In this document: one piece after another, positions 21,245 through 34,400 of the stretch | How the letters are laid out: every line of letters begins with the position of its first letter | Numbering within the stretch: the stretch's first letter is position 1 | From: Trichomonas gallinae | Lineage: Eukaryota | Reading direction: 5' to 3' | Assembly (NCBI GenBank): GCA_008369845.1 | Contig: MRSU01010980.1 | Coordinates: 1-48,795, forward strand | Length of the DNA stretch: 48,795 bases | Notes under the pieces: model-generated | What the model saw: the letters and a program-made list of their open reading frames with translations, nothing else | Databases searched by the model: none | Told to the model about the DNA's origin: nothing | Position numbers and translations under genes: made by a program

Positions 21245-23989
21245 ATGCGCAGGGAAGGCAAACAACCAGGGATGACCTGCGACATTCACTACGAAAAGGA
21301 TCCACAAGACTATCAGATATCGAAGAGCGATTTAAATCAGATCTTTTACAGTCGAAATGTTGATCAATTTAATATAAATATTGCAGGCGATGAGTATAAC
21401 TTCATAAAAATGGCAACAGTAGAACAAGGAACACAATATGCGTTCTCCTGTCCGCCAGAAAAGCAAGAACAGGGCTTCCTTCTCAAATCATTATTCCAAG
21501 GAGACGTAATTACTGTAGAAGTGCAGAATGCCACATTCTTAAAAGAGGCAGCACGCTCTCTAAATCTCGATGAACTTGGTAATATTGCTGATAAATACAT
21601 AGCTCATGGTTATATGGAACAATCAATTGCTAGCTTCTTGATGAATGTTGTTAAATGGCTTTGCTCACTTATATGTCACATGAGCTACTTATATAAGATA
21701 TTACAGACACTCTGGGACTTAATGGGACCAATAATCATAATCGGATTCTACTTAAATTCAATAGTTTTACTGTCAACAATGATGTTATACATATTACAGA
21801 AGAGCGCTGTGTTCTTTATATTTGTGCTTTTGCCTTGCGCGCTTTACAGTTACTTCTTTATTAATATTATTTGCATTTGCGTTGAGGAATTCTTCAAATT
21901 CAATGCATTTAGTGATTCTCCATGGAAGACTGTTCAGATTTTGTTCATGAAATTCATCAAAAACACGAGACTCGGCGCAAATATCAAAAAAGAATATTTA
22001 CAGTGTAAACTGATTAAAGACATAATAATGGGTGTTCTTTGCATCATATTCTTGCTTTCCTTGGCCTGTTTAGTCGTCAATGCCAATGTTACAAGGTTAA
22101 TCGAAGTTTACGTGTTAATTTTCGCTGTAATTTTGCCTCCAGTCAAGTATTTCCTCATTATTTTGCTTTACGCATTGCACGGCTTCGAGAGCTGCTTCTT
22201 ATACTGCAGAATAAGATATCGCGAATTTAATGACTTCACGAACTCTTTCTTGAACTCTATATACTTCCGTGATCATCCTTATCAGAGCCTCGGCCCGGTT
22301 TTGTTCAATATAAGGGCAGAAGAAGATCCTACGACGAGAAGATTAAATAATCGCAGAAATGTTCAGCAAAACAGCCAAATGAGGAAGGCAAATAGAATAC
22401 AAGAGTCAGATACAGACGATAATATGGATTCGCACGAAATTCCTGACTTTGAAGAAATATCAGATAATTTAACAAACGATGAAAGACAATCAGCACAACA
22501 AACAGCCGGTTCAACACTCAAAAACGCTGTTTTTAGCAGAAATACGTGCACAGTTTATGTTATTTTGGCTTTATTAAGTTATTTGATATCTGAATACATG
22601 AATTCCACATTTGGATACAAGCAAGCATTGTGCATGATCTTTATATTCATGCTCGTCACTTTCCCAGTCTGCACATGGATGCCAATGCCTTTCTTTTGGA
22701 TTCATCGCCAAAAAGATCAAGTTTTAACAGAGAGAATGCTGCAAATCGAATACGAGAGCCTTAAATCCACAAGAGAATACAAGAAGTACGGAAACGATTT
22801 ACTTATCTGGAGCAAGAAAAATCTATTGATAAGATGGACGTCTGTTTTCACAACTGGGCTTCTGATCGTTTTATTCATTCTATTTTCGATTGTCGGCATC
22901 ATTTTCCTGTTCAGACCTTATTATTTGGAATATGAATATGTAACTAATCAGCAATATGCAGTTTTGACCAATCAAACAACCTCAACAAACACAACAGACA
23001 CAAATTCTACCAATACAACATCAATAGACACAAATACAACAACAATAACGCCAAATATTTCAGATTTGGTTCCTTTGCCTGAAAATTCGACATCAGAGGC
23101 TGGAATAACGAGAAGCCCAATATGTACAGCCAAATCTAAAGGGTTATCATATTTGCAATTAATGTCTCTAGCGAATGCACCTTATATGGACGGAGTCAAC
23201 AGATCATCACAGAGAAATGTTCTATTTGAGACGTATTTCGGGTCAGAATACAACAGTTCAATTATTTTATATGATTCATACTACAATAAAACGTATAAAA
23301 CTCTGGTCTACCAGTATAAAATCAGCACACAGCAAGGATTGTTAACAGTTTTCGCGATCAAAGGCGACACGCACATGAATGATATTTTGGCTGACATAGA
23401 ACTTTGGTTTTCCACCATGGTATACAATGCAGCAAGCCCGATAATTCCTTTCTTGAAAGTTTTCAGCAAAATGAGCAGAAAAGTTATTAATTTCTTTTTG
23501 TCGATGCCACGTTTGATATTCCGCCAGTTTTCTGTATCGGACACATTCATACAGTCCATATCTGACTACATCACAAACCAGACAATCTCAGAGAACGAAA
23601 ATGTTATAATTGTTGGCCATTCTTTCGGTGGAGCTGCTGCGAAAGTCATTTCGATGAAGACAGGCTACACAGCATTCTCCATCAGCTCCCCTGACGTCAA
23701 AGCGGTCGAGCATTTCTATAACGACAAAAGCGATATCAGATATACATGGATAAACATTGAGCCTGAGATGGATGTCGTCAGCATGTTCGAGCCAACTGTT
23801 TCTCAGTCCATTCAGAAAGTTCCTTGTAACTCTGGCTTGTTCAAGTGCCACTCACTGCCTAGGACCCTCTGCCAGACAGGAATAATCTGCGGCGATGAAG
23901 AGAAATACAGAGACTACTGCAAGCTCCTGTTTCACGGCAAGAATTATACGAGGATGCTCAACTATGATCTTCCTATTGTTTACAAATAA
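21245..23989 (+). CDS. Multi-pass membrane class-3 lipase (ATG15-like alpha/beta hydrolase) with an N-terminal BTB-like domain
   Basis: Nucleophile motif GHSFGG (23615-23632), FAIKGDT, EMDVV (Asp) and CHS (His). There are several hydrophobic helices and an N/T-rich linker. The first ATG is 21245 (alternative 21272). Confidence 0.8.
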   Translation: MRREGKQPGMTCDIHYEKDPQDYQISKSDLNQIFYSRNVDQFNINIAGDEYNFIKMATVEQGTQYAFSCPPEKQEQGFLLKSLFQGDVITVEVQNATFLKEAARSLNLDELGNIADKYIAHGYMEQSIASFLMNVVKWLCSLICHMSYLYKILQTLWDLMGPIIIIGFYLNSIVLLSTMMLYILQKSAVFFIFVLLPCALYSYFFINIICICVEEFFKFNAFSDSPWKTVQILFMKFIKNTRLGANIKKEYLQCKLIKDIIMGVLCIIFLLSLACLVVNANVTRLIEVYVLIFAVILPPVKYFLIILLYALHGFESCFLYCRIRYREFNDFTNSFLNSIYFRDHPYQSLGPVLFNIRAEEDPTTRRLNNRRNVQQNSQMRKANRIQESDTDDNMDSHEIPDFEEISDNLTNDERQSAQQTAGSTLKNAVFSRNTCTVYVILALLSYLISEYMNSTFGYKQALCMIFIFMLVTFPVCTWMPMPFFWIHRQKDQVLTERMLQIEYESLKSTREYKKYGNDLLIWSKKNLLIRWTSVFTTGLLIVLFILFSIVGIIFLFRPYYLEYEYVTNQQYAVLTNQTTSTNTTDTNSTNTTSIDTNTTTITPNISDLVPLPENSTSEAGITRSPICTAKSKGLSYLQLMSLANAPYMDGVNRSSQRNVLFETYFGSEYNSSIILYDSYYNKTYKTLVYQYKISTQQGLLTVFAIKGDTHMNDILADIELWFSTMVYNAASPIIPFLKVFSKMSRKVINFFLSMPRLIFRQFSVSDTFIQSISDYITNQTISENENVIIVGHSFGGAAAKVISMKTGYTAFSISSPDVKAVEHFYNDKSDIRYTWINIEPEMDVVSMFEPTVSQSIQKVPCNSGLFKCHSLPRTLCQTGIICGDEEKYRDYCKLLFHGKNYTRMLNYDLPIVYK

Positions 23990-24149
23990 AGTGTTTAATT
24001 TTTTATAACTCATTCATTATATTATTTGGCAATGAAATACAAATATAGACCAAATAATGAAATCCCATTGTTGTTCTGAGTGAAATACATGTATACCATG
24101 ATGTGATTTCATTTTGATAGAGATAAGAATGAAAAAAAAAATGTAAATT

Positions 24150-26690
24150 TGAGGAAAAGTTATCTAAACGCAGGCGGAGGTGAATGTTGTAAATTCAAGT
24201 CTAATAAACCACCTGCTTAGACCCGTTTATTCAGTTTTGGTCAGTGAAAAACCTCAAGAATATAGAAATGGAAACACTCAAATAAACTTCATCAATTAAG
24301 AAACCTCATACTTCTCAGAAGTAGAAAAAATGAACAGAACTCGGAACAGAACCCAAAATGGCTATTGGAAACTCTTAGAACATGTAGTAACAAGATCACT
24401 GGATTGAAAACAAAGAGAAAAAAACACACCCTCGAATCTTGGTGGAGTGTGAAAAAAGAGAAGAAAATCTTATTAGGAACCAATGTAGCCAAATTCTCAT
24501 CATTAGATAATATTTTAGTACACTGACTTCTGTAGCCGATTGCTTTTATATCAAAATACTAGATACTCAAGTTATCTCATCCATGAACCACTTATTGCCA
24601 CTCCCCGTGTTTCAAAAAGCAAAACCTTGAACCAAGAACCTAATGAAATCAAACAACTACATTAAAACCCGATTAAAATAGGAAAAACTATGGAACCTAG
24701 GAAACCTTATGAAAATGCACCTGTACAAATGGAACCTGAAACTCTGAACCATGAGCATAAGAGAGTCTGAAACAATGAACCTGAACGCGAGATCTGAACC
24801 TTTTGCATAAAGAAACCTGAACCATGAAACCGGAGCTTACTATGGAACAGAAACAACTTCAATGTACCGAAACGTGAGGCAATGAAATCATCTGAACCCA
24901 AGAAAACCTGAACTACTTCTGGAATCAAAACGCGGCAAATATTGCGGATCATTGTGGCATGTGGTTGGGTAACTCATCTTTATATATATATATCTGAAAA
25001 ACTATCAATAAAAAGATCGTCATCAATATCGAGACCGGAGCTGCTAACTTATTATTAAAATCTTTCTCCCTACATATAATGAGTAAAACCATTTCAAAAA
25101 ACTAAATATAGAATATAAAGCGGGGAACAGAAAAATTATGCTATGAAAGTCCAAACAAAAAAGATCATCGTTCGTCATCGTCCATCTTTGGGAAAATCAT
25201 AACCCTGAAAACCTAAAGAAACTTTTTGAACTAATCCATGCGCCCTTATGTATCCTTGTAAACCTGAAAATGGAGATCTATTAATAAAAATGCAAGAACC
25301 GAAACCATGAAACCTGGAAAATGACGAATACTATATAACTGATGAATCCAAAAACCCGAAGTCTAGCTCAAGATACTAATGAACATATTAACCTTGAGAA
25401 GAGCAGGTATGAAACCTGAACTAATCAGTAACAGAGAAACCTTGGAAGCATACCTATCTGACCAGAGAATCTTTGCTTGAGTACTGAGCAGTACAGAACA
25501 TGAACTCTGAAATGATGAACACCAAACACACTATATGTACTATGAGCTGAACACTGATGAATCTAATATTGAAATCCGATAAGCATGTTGATGAATCGTA
25601 GAAACGGATGAATATGAATGCTTGAATGAAATTGATAATAAAGGCTGATAACAGATGAATTGGAGCTTGATTCTAAATTGATTGGTTGCTGAAATCATAA
25701 TGAATATCTTAATTGATGAACTTGCTATTGAAGGTGAATCTATAGGTCTGTATTGTATCAAATGTTATGGTTGCTGTTCAATATGATCTATGGTGGGTAT
25801 TGGACATTTGTTTGGATAAATTCATTAACTGCTGATGGATACTAAACTGGATGGAAATTGATGAACAACTGATGAACTAACTTGCATTATGAACGAATGA
25901 TATGAAATAATTGCGTTGATGATCAAATGAAATGATGAACTCTGGAACTGATAAATCAACCTGAACTGATGAATCAACCTGTGGAGCGATGGGATGATCG
26001 GAACTTGATGAAATGAAATGATGAATAAAATTTTATGGACAGATAAAGAGGGAATACCAATGGTTTGAACAATGAATTACATAAGAATGGTAATGTAGGT
26101 AATATGAAAATGTTAAGCAGCCCTTAATAAGATTCTAATTAAGATTCTAAAAACTAGATGATCATAGAATGTAGATAAACTATAGGAAAAAGAATATATT
26201 ATCGAAGGATCTATGAGATATATCGTATATAAGAATACAAATCTATGAACTAAATGAATTGAATTTGAAGAATTAGAATAAATGAATTAAGTAATGATAA
26301 AACTCAAAGAACTCTTATTAAACTTAATAAGTTTAATAAGATCTTCATTGAAGATTGTGACTAGAAACCTGTGAAGGAACCTTGTGTATCGAAGAAACCA
26401 TGGGTCATTTTAGCTATCATGATAAGGAATCATGAGTCAATCCTGGCCTGCTAAGATCCATAAAGTTATCCCACGAAACTAAGGTTAATGTCGAAATTAT
26501 TAGTGCGTTGTATTGAATGATAAATTGATAAACGAATGGGAACGTGGATAAATTTGGTAATTAATGAACACATTATAAGGTAAACCTAATGAATACGATT
26601 ATGTAATCTGGTAAAAAAGACTTGGTAAACTTAGAAGAAAAATGATTTTCGGTTATTTTCGGTTTCTATCAAAACTAAAATTTTTCCCTC
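24150..26690. other. ORF-less, strand-asymmetric GAAC/TGAA-rich block (candidate lncRNA or unclassified repeat/TE relic)
   Basis: No credible ORF on either strand. The + strand is dense in GAACC/GAAACC/GATGAA words, with local direct repeats, and its composition differs from the neighbouring intergenic DNA. Confidence 0.4.
24980..24993. repeat. (TA)n microsatellite
   Basis: tatatatatatat run. Confidence 0.6.
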
Positions 26691-27511
26691 AATTTTTGAG
26701 AGCCATTAAAATTAATTGTCCGCATAAATTTTACATATAAAATTGTTTATTGTCATATTTAAAACAACGTACATCCTCGAAAAGCGGATGACGGTTGGCT
26801 ATCTATAATAAACACTTTCTTATCAAATATCATAATCCAGATTTAAATTGCAATCATTATTTTCCCAATAATGAACTCAATATCTTGGCTGGTTCTCTGA
26901 TATACAGTAATCTAGACAATTCTTATAGTTATCGTATGATGTTATCAATACTCTTGTTTCAATCTTCAAATAATGACCATTTTCATACGTTATTAAAGTT
27001 ATTGTGTACTAGGCAATGTAATATATAGTCTTAATATATATGATTAATCGACTGTTCAGCTCGAAATCACTAATTTTAAGTTTATTGATTAGAATTAATG
27101 CGCAATTGCAACAATTTTCCTAAACATTTCTAATCTTTATACATGTCAGCTAAAGATACTACACATAAATTGTATAATTCTCATTGATTGAGCGAACGTA
27201 TCGATAATTTATGATGTTTTATCGTGTTTTTAATATACATACAATGATTAGTATAATTATTTATAGTTGGCTGTTCTAAAATTTTTGATAAAAGTGACGA
27301 TATAAAAAATTTAATATCATTTTTATTTTATTGCTCTCTAAATATCCCCAATTTTTTCCGATTGAATTAAGAACTTTACAAAAAAATTAAAAATTGTAAA
27401 TGTCTATTGTAATGGAGATATTAACGATTTTATGTTTTAATTTTTGTTAATGCTCACAAATGAGATAAAATGATCGGAGTTTGAATAATCATAAAACATT
27501 ATCATAATAGA

Positions 27512-28177
27512 ATGGAAAGTCTTCCAGTTTGGGCGCCAGGAGAAGAGCTTTTGAACACTATAACACATGGTGTTATGATCCCTATTGTTCTTTTTCTCAC
27601 TGGAAAGTTAATAAAGCAACAAATGAAAGCGCACGATAATATTGCAATTACTGGAGTAGCAATTTACGGATTTGCTGTATTTGCAATGTTCTTTAATTCT
27701 ACTGTTTACCATGGATCCACATATGAACCACTTAAAAGAGTACTCCGCTACATAGATCATTGTACAATCTTTATATTGATCGCAGGAACATACACGCCAA
27801 CCATCTTATATGCTATGAGAACATGGTCCGGAATTTCACTTCTCGCATTTGTATGGACATTCGCACTTATTGGGATTATCTCAAAAATTTTCTTCTTTGA
27901 CTTGATTCCAGGTACCTATATTTACCTAATCATGGGCTGGAGTATCATGGTATGCATTAAAGAGTTCATGAGGTCATTCGATAGACAACAGATTATCTGG
28001 ATCGTTGCTGGTGGACTTTCATATACATTTGGCTGCATATTCTACGAAATAGATGAATACCTGGACTATGTACATATGATTTTCCACGTCTTCATTGCAG
28101 TCGGTGCATTATGTCATTTTAGAGCTGTCTATTTGCTTGGAGAGAGATTTATTCAAAAGCCAAAAGCATGTGAATAA
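27512..28177 (+). CDS. Hemolysin III / PAQR family 7-TM protein
   Basis: EELLNTITHG, STVYH, DHCTIFILIAGTYTP, GGLSYTFG and HMIFHVF motifs. Inr TCATA at 27502. Confidence 0.93.
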   Translation: MESLPVWAPGEELLNTITHGVMIPIVLFLTGKLIKQQMKAHDNIAITGVAIYGFAVFAMFFNSTVYHGSTYEPLKRVLRYIDHCTIFILIAGTYTPTILYAMRTWSGISLLAFVWTFALIGIISKIFFFDLIPGTYIYLIMGWSIMVCIKEFMRSFDRQQIIWIVAGGLSYTFGCIFYEIDEYLDYVHMIFHVFIAVGALCHFRAVYLLGERFIQKPKACE

Positions 28178-28440
28178 CTAATTCTCTGTTTAAAATAAAC
28201 ATTCTCTATTCCAATATTTTATTTTTCTTTAAATACGAATATTTATTGAGCAAAATGAAACGAATATATGAGTATTGCATGGGAACAATGTTAACATATC
28301 TGAATGTGATTTTTTTGACATGTAAACCTTAATTTTCAAATACTCAAAAAATTTCGATTTTTATTGTATTTTTATGCTATTGGAGCTAAATATTGGCCAA
28401 TTTCGGAAACGATGCAATTTTTTTTTGTCCAAAAACAAAG

Positions 28441-31400
28441 ATGTTCAATGAGTTGATAGCAGACGTTGTTAACGCCGCGCTATCAGCTTATATTGAAGGC
28501 CTGACTAAGGATACTTTCAAGCTTTCTCTGTTAACGTCGAATTTGGAAATGAATAATGTCGAATTATATAAATACGGACTTGTTCAAAATAACATACCAA
28601 TAACCATCGAGAAAGGCCTAGTAAAGACCATTAGATCATACATTCCATGGGCAACATTCATGACTGTGCCAATGGTTATCAAAGCCAGCGATGTAATGAT
28701 TACATGTAAATGCTGGTGTGCTAAAGATACTCTTTTTCCATCAGTTAAGCTGCTTAGAGACATTAAACAGCACCAAATAGCAGCACATGAGTTTTTCAAA
28801 TCTAAAATCAAGTCACTACTGAAAATTGTTTCGCAATCACTATTCACAAATACGATAACTAAGATTGTATCAAAGGCAAAGCTACAAATAGACAGATTAA
28901 ACATCAGAATCGAGTTTGGCGAATCTGATTGTTTTGTTTTTGGCTTCCAATTCGATCGTTTGATAGTTGATGATGTTACTAATCCTAGAAATGAACTAAT
29001 AGAACGTGCATTTAACATTAACAACATTTCCGCATATATTGACCGAAATCAAACTCCATTAGATTGCTCAAACACTGCTATTTTCTCTCAAATGATGAAC
29101 AATGCCATCAATGGGCAGCATGATTGGATCATGTTACCTGGAAATATGTCTGGAACAGTTTTGATGAAAGACATCGACAGCGAAATACAAATAAATACAA
29201 AGACATCAAAGATTACGATGGACTTGACGGATTGGCAGGTCGAATTTCTATTCGACACATTAACAAGAATTCCAAAATTTTTCAAATATCTGAAAGGTTC
29301 GCTTGTTATCAGAAATAAGAATATTATCTCTGATCCTGTTGCTTTTTGGAAGTTCGTTGATCAGACATCAAGAAAAATAAATGAGAAAGATGCTGTAAGA
29401 ATTGGTAACTTTAGGACTCTCTTCAAATACATGAGAAAGTATACGGCAAAGTGGAAGCAAAATCCAAATCCACCGGAAAAGCCGAAGATTATCCAGTATT
29501 ATGATATAATTATGCCTTATTATAATATTATTTTATGGAGATCAATGGCAGAGAACTCCAGAACAGGAAAAATCACTTTTAAAACGATGAAAAAGGTCAT
29601 TGATCAAATTGATTTTGATGGACAAAACATTTTTGTTCAATTAATTTCAAGAATTCATTTCAACTTTAGATCTCCATTCTTACTCTGCAGGATTCGCTCC
29701 AGCACAGATCCAGAAGGAATCGTATTCAGCATTCAGAAGCCTGCACTGCATCTCGGACAAATTAATAATGGAGTCGCAATTGATATTTCATGTTCAGCTT
29801 TATCAATGACTAGGAATGGATTCGTTGTTCTAGAGTCTCAAGATACAGATAACGAAGATTTCAAAATTCATCTAGAATTATTTAATGATAACTCAAAATT
29901 GGTTACACGCTTAGCAGTAGATGTGTTTGCAACAAACTATACAGTTGATGTAATCAAATTGCTCAATATTCAAATTCCATTCAATATTTATATGATTCTT
30001 GAAAGAATTGTCAAGATAATCAAGCACAGAGCATTTATTATTCCTCCAGTTGAGTTATCTCTCAACACTCTTCCAACTCAAGTCTTTTTGAAAATGAATG
30101 GAAATGATTTTCTTCTTGTCATGGAAGCATTCACTATTTCTACATCTATATTCAGTGCCAAGGATTACGTAACTAAGCTCAATGTTTCCAACGCAAGTAT
30201 CACATACGGAAAGCATCAGCAAAACAAATTATTAGATAATTTCAATCTTGAATGTTTTATCACAAAGAAAGGCGCTGAAATGTTCGTGAAACCATTTTCA
30301 ATGGAGCTGAACTGGAAAAATATAGATCTTCTTATGTCAATGCTGCCAAAAGAAATACCATATTTCGATATTGATAAAATTCTCCACATTTTATCAATTG
30401 TTCCTCATTATGAGTTCAAGATAAACTCTCCAAGTGCGTTGATACATATGAAACTCCCATATGGCAATCTTGAATTGACATATAAAAACGCAGTTGTCAA
30501 AGCAGTTGTTCCAGAGCTAATAGCTGACTTGGAAGTTGATTCATTCGGAATATCTGATGTAATCGTCGCCACAGACATCAAAATAATCATTGACAAACTC
30601 ATAAAAATGTCAGTGAAAAAAGCAGAAGCGAAATTCTTCAAACTTTTCGAGGTTTTGCCAAAGAATATTCTCGATTACCTACCGGATCCTCTCAAACTGC
30701 CACCCCTTCCTATAGACATGTACTTGAAAGTCTTCGATGTCGATTGCTCGCTCGCAGAACAAAAATTTATTATTCATTTTTCGAATTTCATCGGAAACAA
30801 TCTCGAGAACTTCGAAACAATCATTGCAATCACGCATGTAGATAATGTCACGTTAGATGACTACATTTTCACTGATGAGTTCGATGTTAGAGGCTCTTTA
30901 ACCATCAACAACTCACTGTTTTTCAATATTAATTTTGATCCTGTTCCTCTGAAGTTGAATGATTTCCTGCTGATGCATCTATTGTCTGTTCCGTTTAGAA
31001 TGGACAAGATTCTACCAGACAAACTTGTTGTCAACGCGACGGTCAACATTCCGAAGCTTATTATTTACGATTATGTTGTAGTCAATGGAATAGATTTCGA
31101 TTTCACGGCAACAATCAACCAACTCAAAGGAAAGCTCACTGCAAAAGGCATGGACTTGATGTATTCATCAGTCGAATGTGAACACGAAGATTTGTGCATT
31201 ATTAATTTCGATTTGTTTAACAGAGAAAGTCAGTATATTATCAATCCGTGCTGTTTGACAATAGATGCTTTTTCAATGATCGAAACAATTCTCCCAGTAT
31301 TGCTTAAATCGACAATTTACTTCCCTCCGCCGATGAAGATTGATTTGATTTTAAACCCATCGAAATTGAAACTAGTCATTCCAGGATCAGTTATAGAATG

Positions 31401-34400
31401 CGGTGCTGAAGTTTTGGCAAAAATTAACACAGCTAATTTTGACACCGATGCTTTTGTTAAGAATGTTTACGCAAAGATGAATGGCTCAGATATTTTCTCA
31501 GTTCCACAGCTAAAAGTCAAAGGAAATTTCGATAATTACGTAGTAGATATAGACCAAACAAATATATCTTTTTCGTTGTGGCACTTTTTATGCTTAATCA
31601 AATCCATGAAATACTTCCCGTCATTAGAAATACCAAGATTTAATTTAGATTCATTAAATCTGCCGTCGGCAACAGTCAATCTTAAGAATATCTTGATTTT
31701 TCTCAATCAACAAAGTGTTTCTTCGAAATATGGTCCTACTCCTTTATATATTGAAGCTAAAAACGGAATTGCAAAACTTAAAAACAATCTTCTGAAATTC
31801 GAGACAGATTTCAAAGGTGAAGCTTTTCTATCATGGTTCGAAAGGTTTAATCTAATCTCTCAATCAAAACTTAAATTTGAGTTCGACATTTTCAATCATG
31901 CGAATATAAACATAGACGATCCAGTTTCTATAAATATCAACAAGAACAATTTATCATCTTTGGTAAATTTGGTTGATTTCACCAGCAAAAAGCCAGGATT
32001 GATGATAACAAACGAAACTTCCAGATCATTCGTTTTCATGACAGAGAAAATCAGCATAATAATAGATCCATATTCATCCAGTTTCAGGAATATTTCTCCT
32101 TTCTCTAACGAGTTCGAAATTGTTTACGAAAACAGAAAAATTTCGATTTCATGCAAAGATTTATTAACGAAAAGAGTCATTAAACTATCAGAGTTTTCCG
32201 CTGTTGTTGTTTATAGAGAAAGAATACTTAGCATTTGTCCTGAAGTTAAATTGATAAATAACACGTCAATGAAAGTTATTTTGAACGACAAAATAATAGA
32301 ATGCAAGGATGAAAATGAAGTGAAAATTTCTCATAACTCAACTGAGTTTGAGATAAGATTCATGGGTCATGACGAAAAGCACAAAATCAGCTCAGTTGGA
32401 GAAACAATTTTAACGAAAGAAAATACTTATAATCTCATTGCAATTCCTAAGAAAGTCGACAAACATATAACAGTCAACATTCAATCAATTTTCTTGATCT
32501 GCAACAAACTTCCGATCAGCGTCAACATATTCTCCAAGTTTTCTCTGAATAACAACACAGTATGTGTCATGCCTGATGGATTTGTTTCATTGGATAAACT
32601 CACAGAAAGCAACAAATACATACAGTTCGAGATAACAATTCCTTCTGTGACCAAGAAAGGAAAAGTGAAGATTGATCCATCTAAGAATGAAGGAGTTTTG
32701 CATTTGAGTCTTTTAGATGATACTCCAGCATCTATTAATTATAAGATTGAAAACAGGATTATATACATTTCAGGAAGTGTTGTTCATAATTTAACAAACA
32801 TCCCATTATATATAAGATCATCGCAAACAAAAGTTAAAACTAACAATGTTAACTATGAACACAACTTCACGAATAATTTCGTTCCGGAAGACGATATTAC
32901 TCTTTTGGATTCAAATTGCAAAATTTTCGTTTCACCGAAAAACGATATATCATGGAAAGACATAAATGTAACAAACAACCAAGTTTTGCATCAGCTTCAT
33001 TTACAGAACTTGCCATCACAAGCCATGCCTGTTTACATTTGGCATGATGATCAAGAAATTTTCATTGTTCCCGCAGCAGTTATCGTCAACAAGCTAGACA
33101 AAGATGTATTTGTTGATACTTTTTCAACGCAAAAGCATAAATTGTCAGCAAATAACGGCTTCGTTGTTTCTGCTGTTAACACTGCATTTGTCTTCAAGAT
33201 TTCGTTCGATGACAATAAATACTCGAAACCACTGAATTTGATATCATTATCAAAAGATCAAACTTTGTTCATCGGAAAAGAATTGGTTGAAATCAAAGTC
33301 AAAACAATTAATTTTGTCAAAAACATTTTCATATCGAAAGCAAGACCACAGTCATATAAGCTACACAAGATAGTCAATAATACTCACTACAGCCTTTCAT
33401 TCAGGCAGACAGGCTTGGACGAAGAGTTTGTAGATGTTGAACCATATTCAACTGAATATTTTGTTTTGCAGAAATATCACCAATCAATAAATAACATAGA
33501 GATAAAGATTGGTGGTGAAACATTGATAGTACATTGCAGCACAGCATCATTCCAGAAGCAGTTCAAAGACATTTACTACTCAGTAAATCTTAGTCTGTTC
33601 GATGGAAGCTCAATTGTTTTCGACGAAGATCAAATTGAAGTTGAAAGCGACTCAGTTTTTGATCTGAATATTTCAATGCACGAAGTCATGACAAAAGTTT
33701 TCGACAATGACCATGAACTAGCCATCTTCTTGTTATCTAACTCCAATACTGATGTTTGCATCGAAGAAAACGGCCTGAAAATCGTATTCACTTTGAGCGG
33801 AATGAATTTAATCAACAAACTGTCAAACGCGATTTTCGAGAACGTTCTTTTCTCTGACGGCTGCGCAAAGGACTTCGTTGTCAAAGTAACAGCACATTTA
33901 TCGGGCTTAGTCAAGATAGACTACTTCACTGTCGAATTCGGCCACACGACAGCCGCAATAGATCTGAACTTCATTTCGCAGTTTTTGAATTTGATTCCAG
34001 ATAATATTCCCAAATTCAAAAACTCATATTATGCTAGCAATCAAGTCGTTCTACAAAAAATTGTACCAAAAACTGTTCTACAGAGCAGCTTGTTGCAGAA
34101 TTACTCTGTAATGAAGTTTGCTGATCAAGATTTATCCAACATCATCTCATCATTGTTACCTGAACATTTCTTGAATTGTTTTTCAGTGAAAAACGTCAAA
34201 ATTTCTCCATCAAAGTTCACATTATCATTCCAGCCACACGTAGAAAACAATCTACCGAAGTTCCTGAAGTGTTTGCCACAAGTTGACAATGCAGTGATGA
34301 ACTTCAAGAATCCGATTTTCGAGTGCAAAGAAGTCAAATCTCTTTGGAGTATATTAGGAGGCTTTAAAGCTAAATCTCTGATTATAGCTGGATTCGGATT

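Noticed and set aside
25338..25975. CTGATGA and ATGATGA..CTGA words as hammerhead ribozyme cores or C/D snoRNAs
   Set aside because: I could not build the required stems/GAAA or terminal stems, and the words are expected from the local TGA-rich composition.
24145..26696. Possible terminal inverted repeats (TTGAGGAAAAG / TTTTTCCCTCAA) of a DNA transposon
   Set aside because: The match is short and imperfect, with no target-site duplication and no transposase remnant.
26860..27030. Possible further ankyrin relic on the minus strand (YENGH...DNYKNCLDYCISEN)
   Set aside because: Too degenerate to support without an HMM search.
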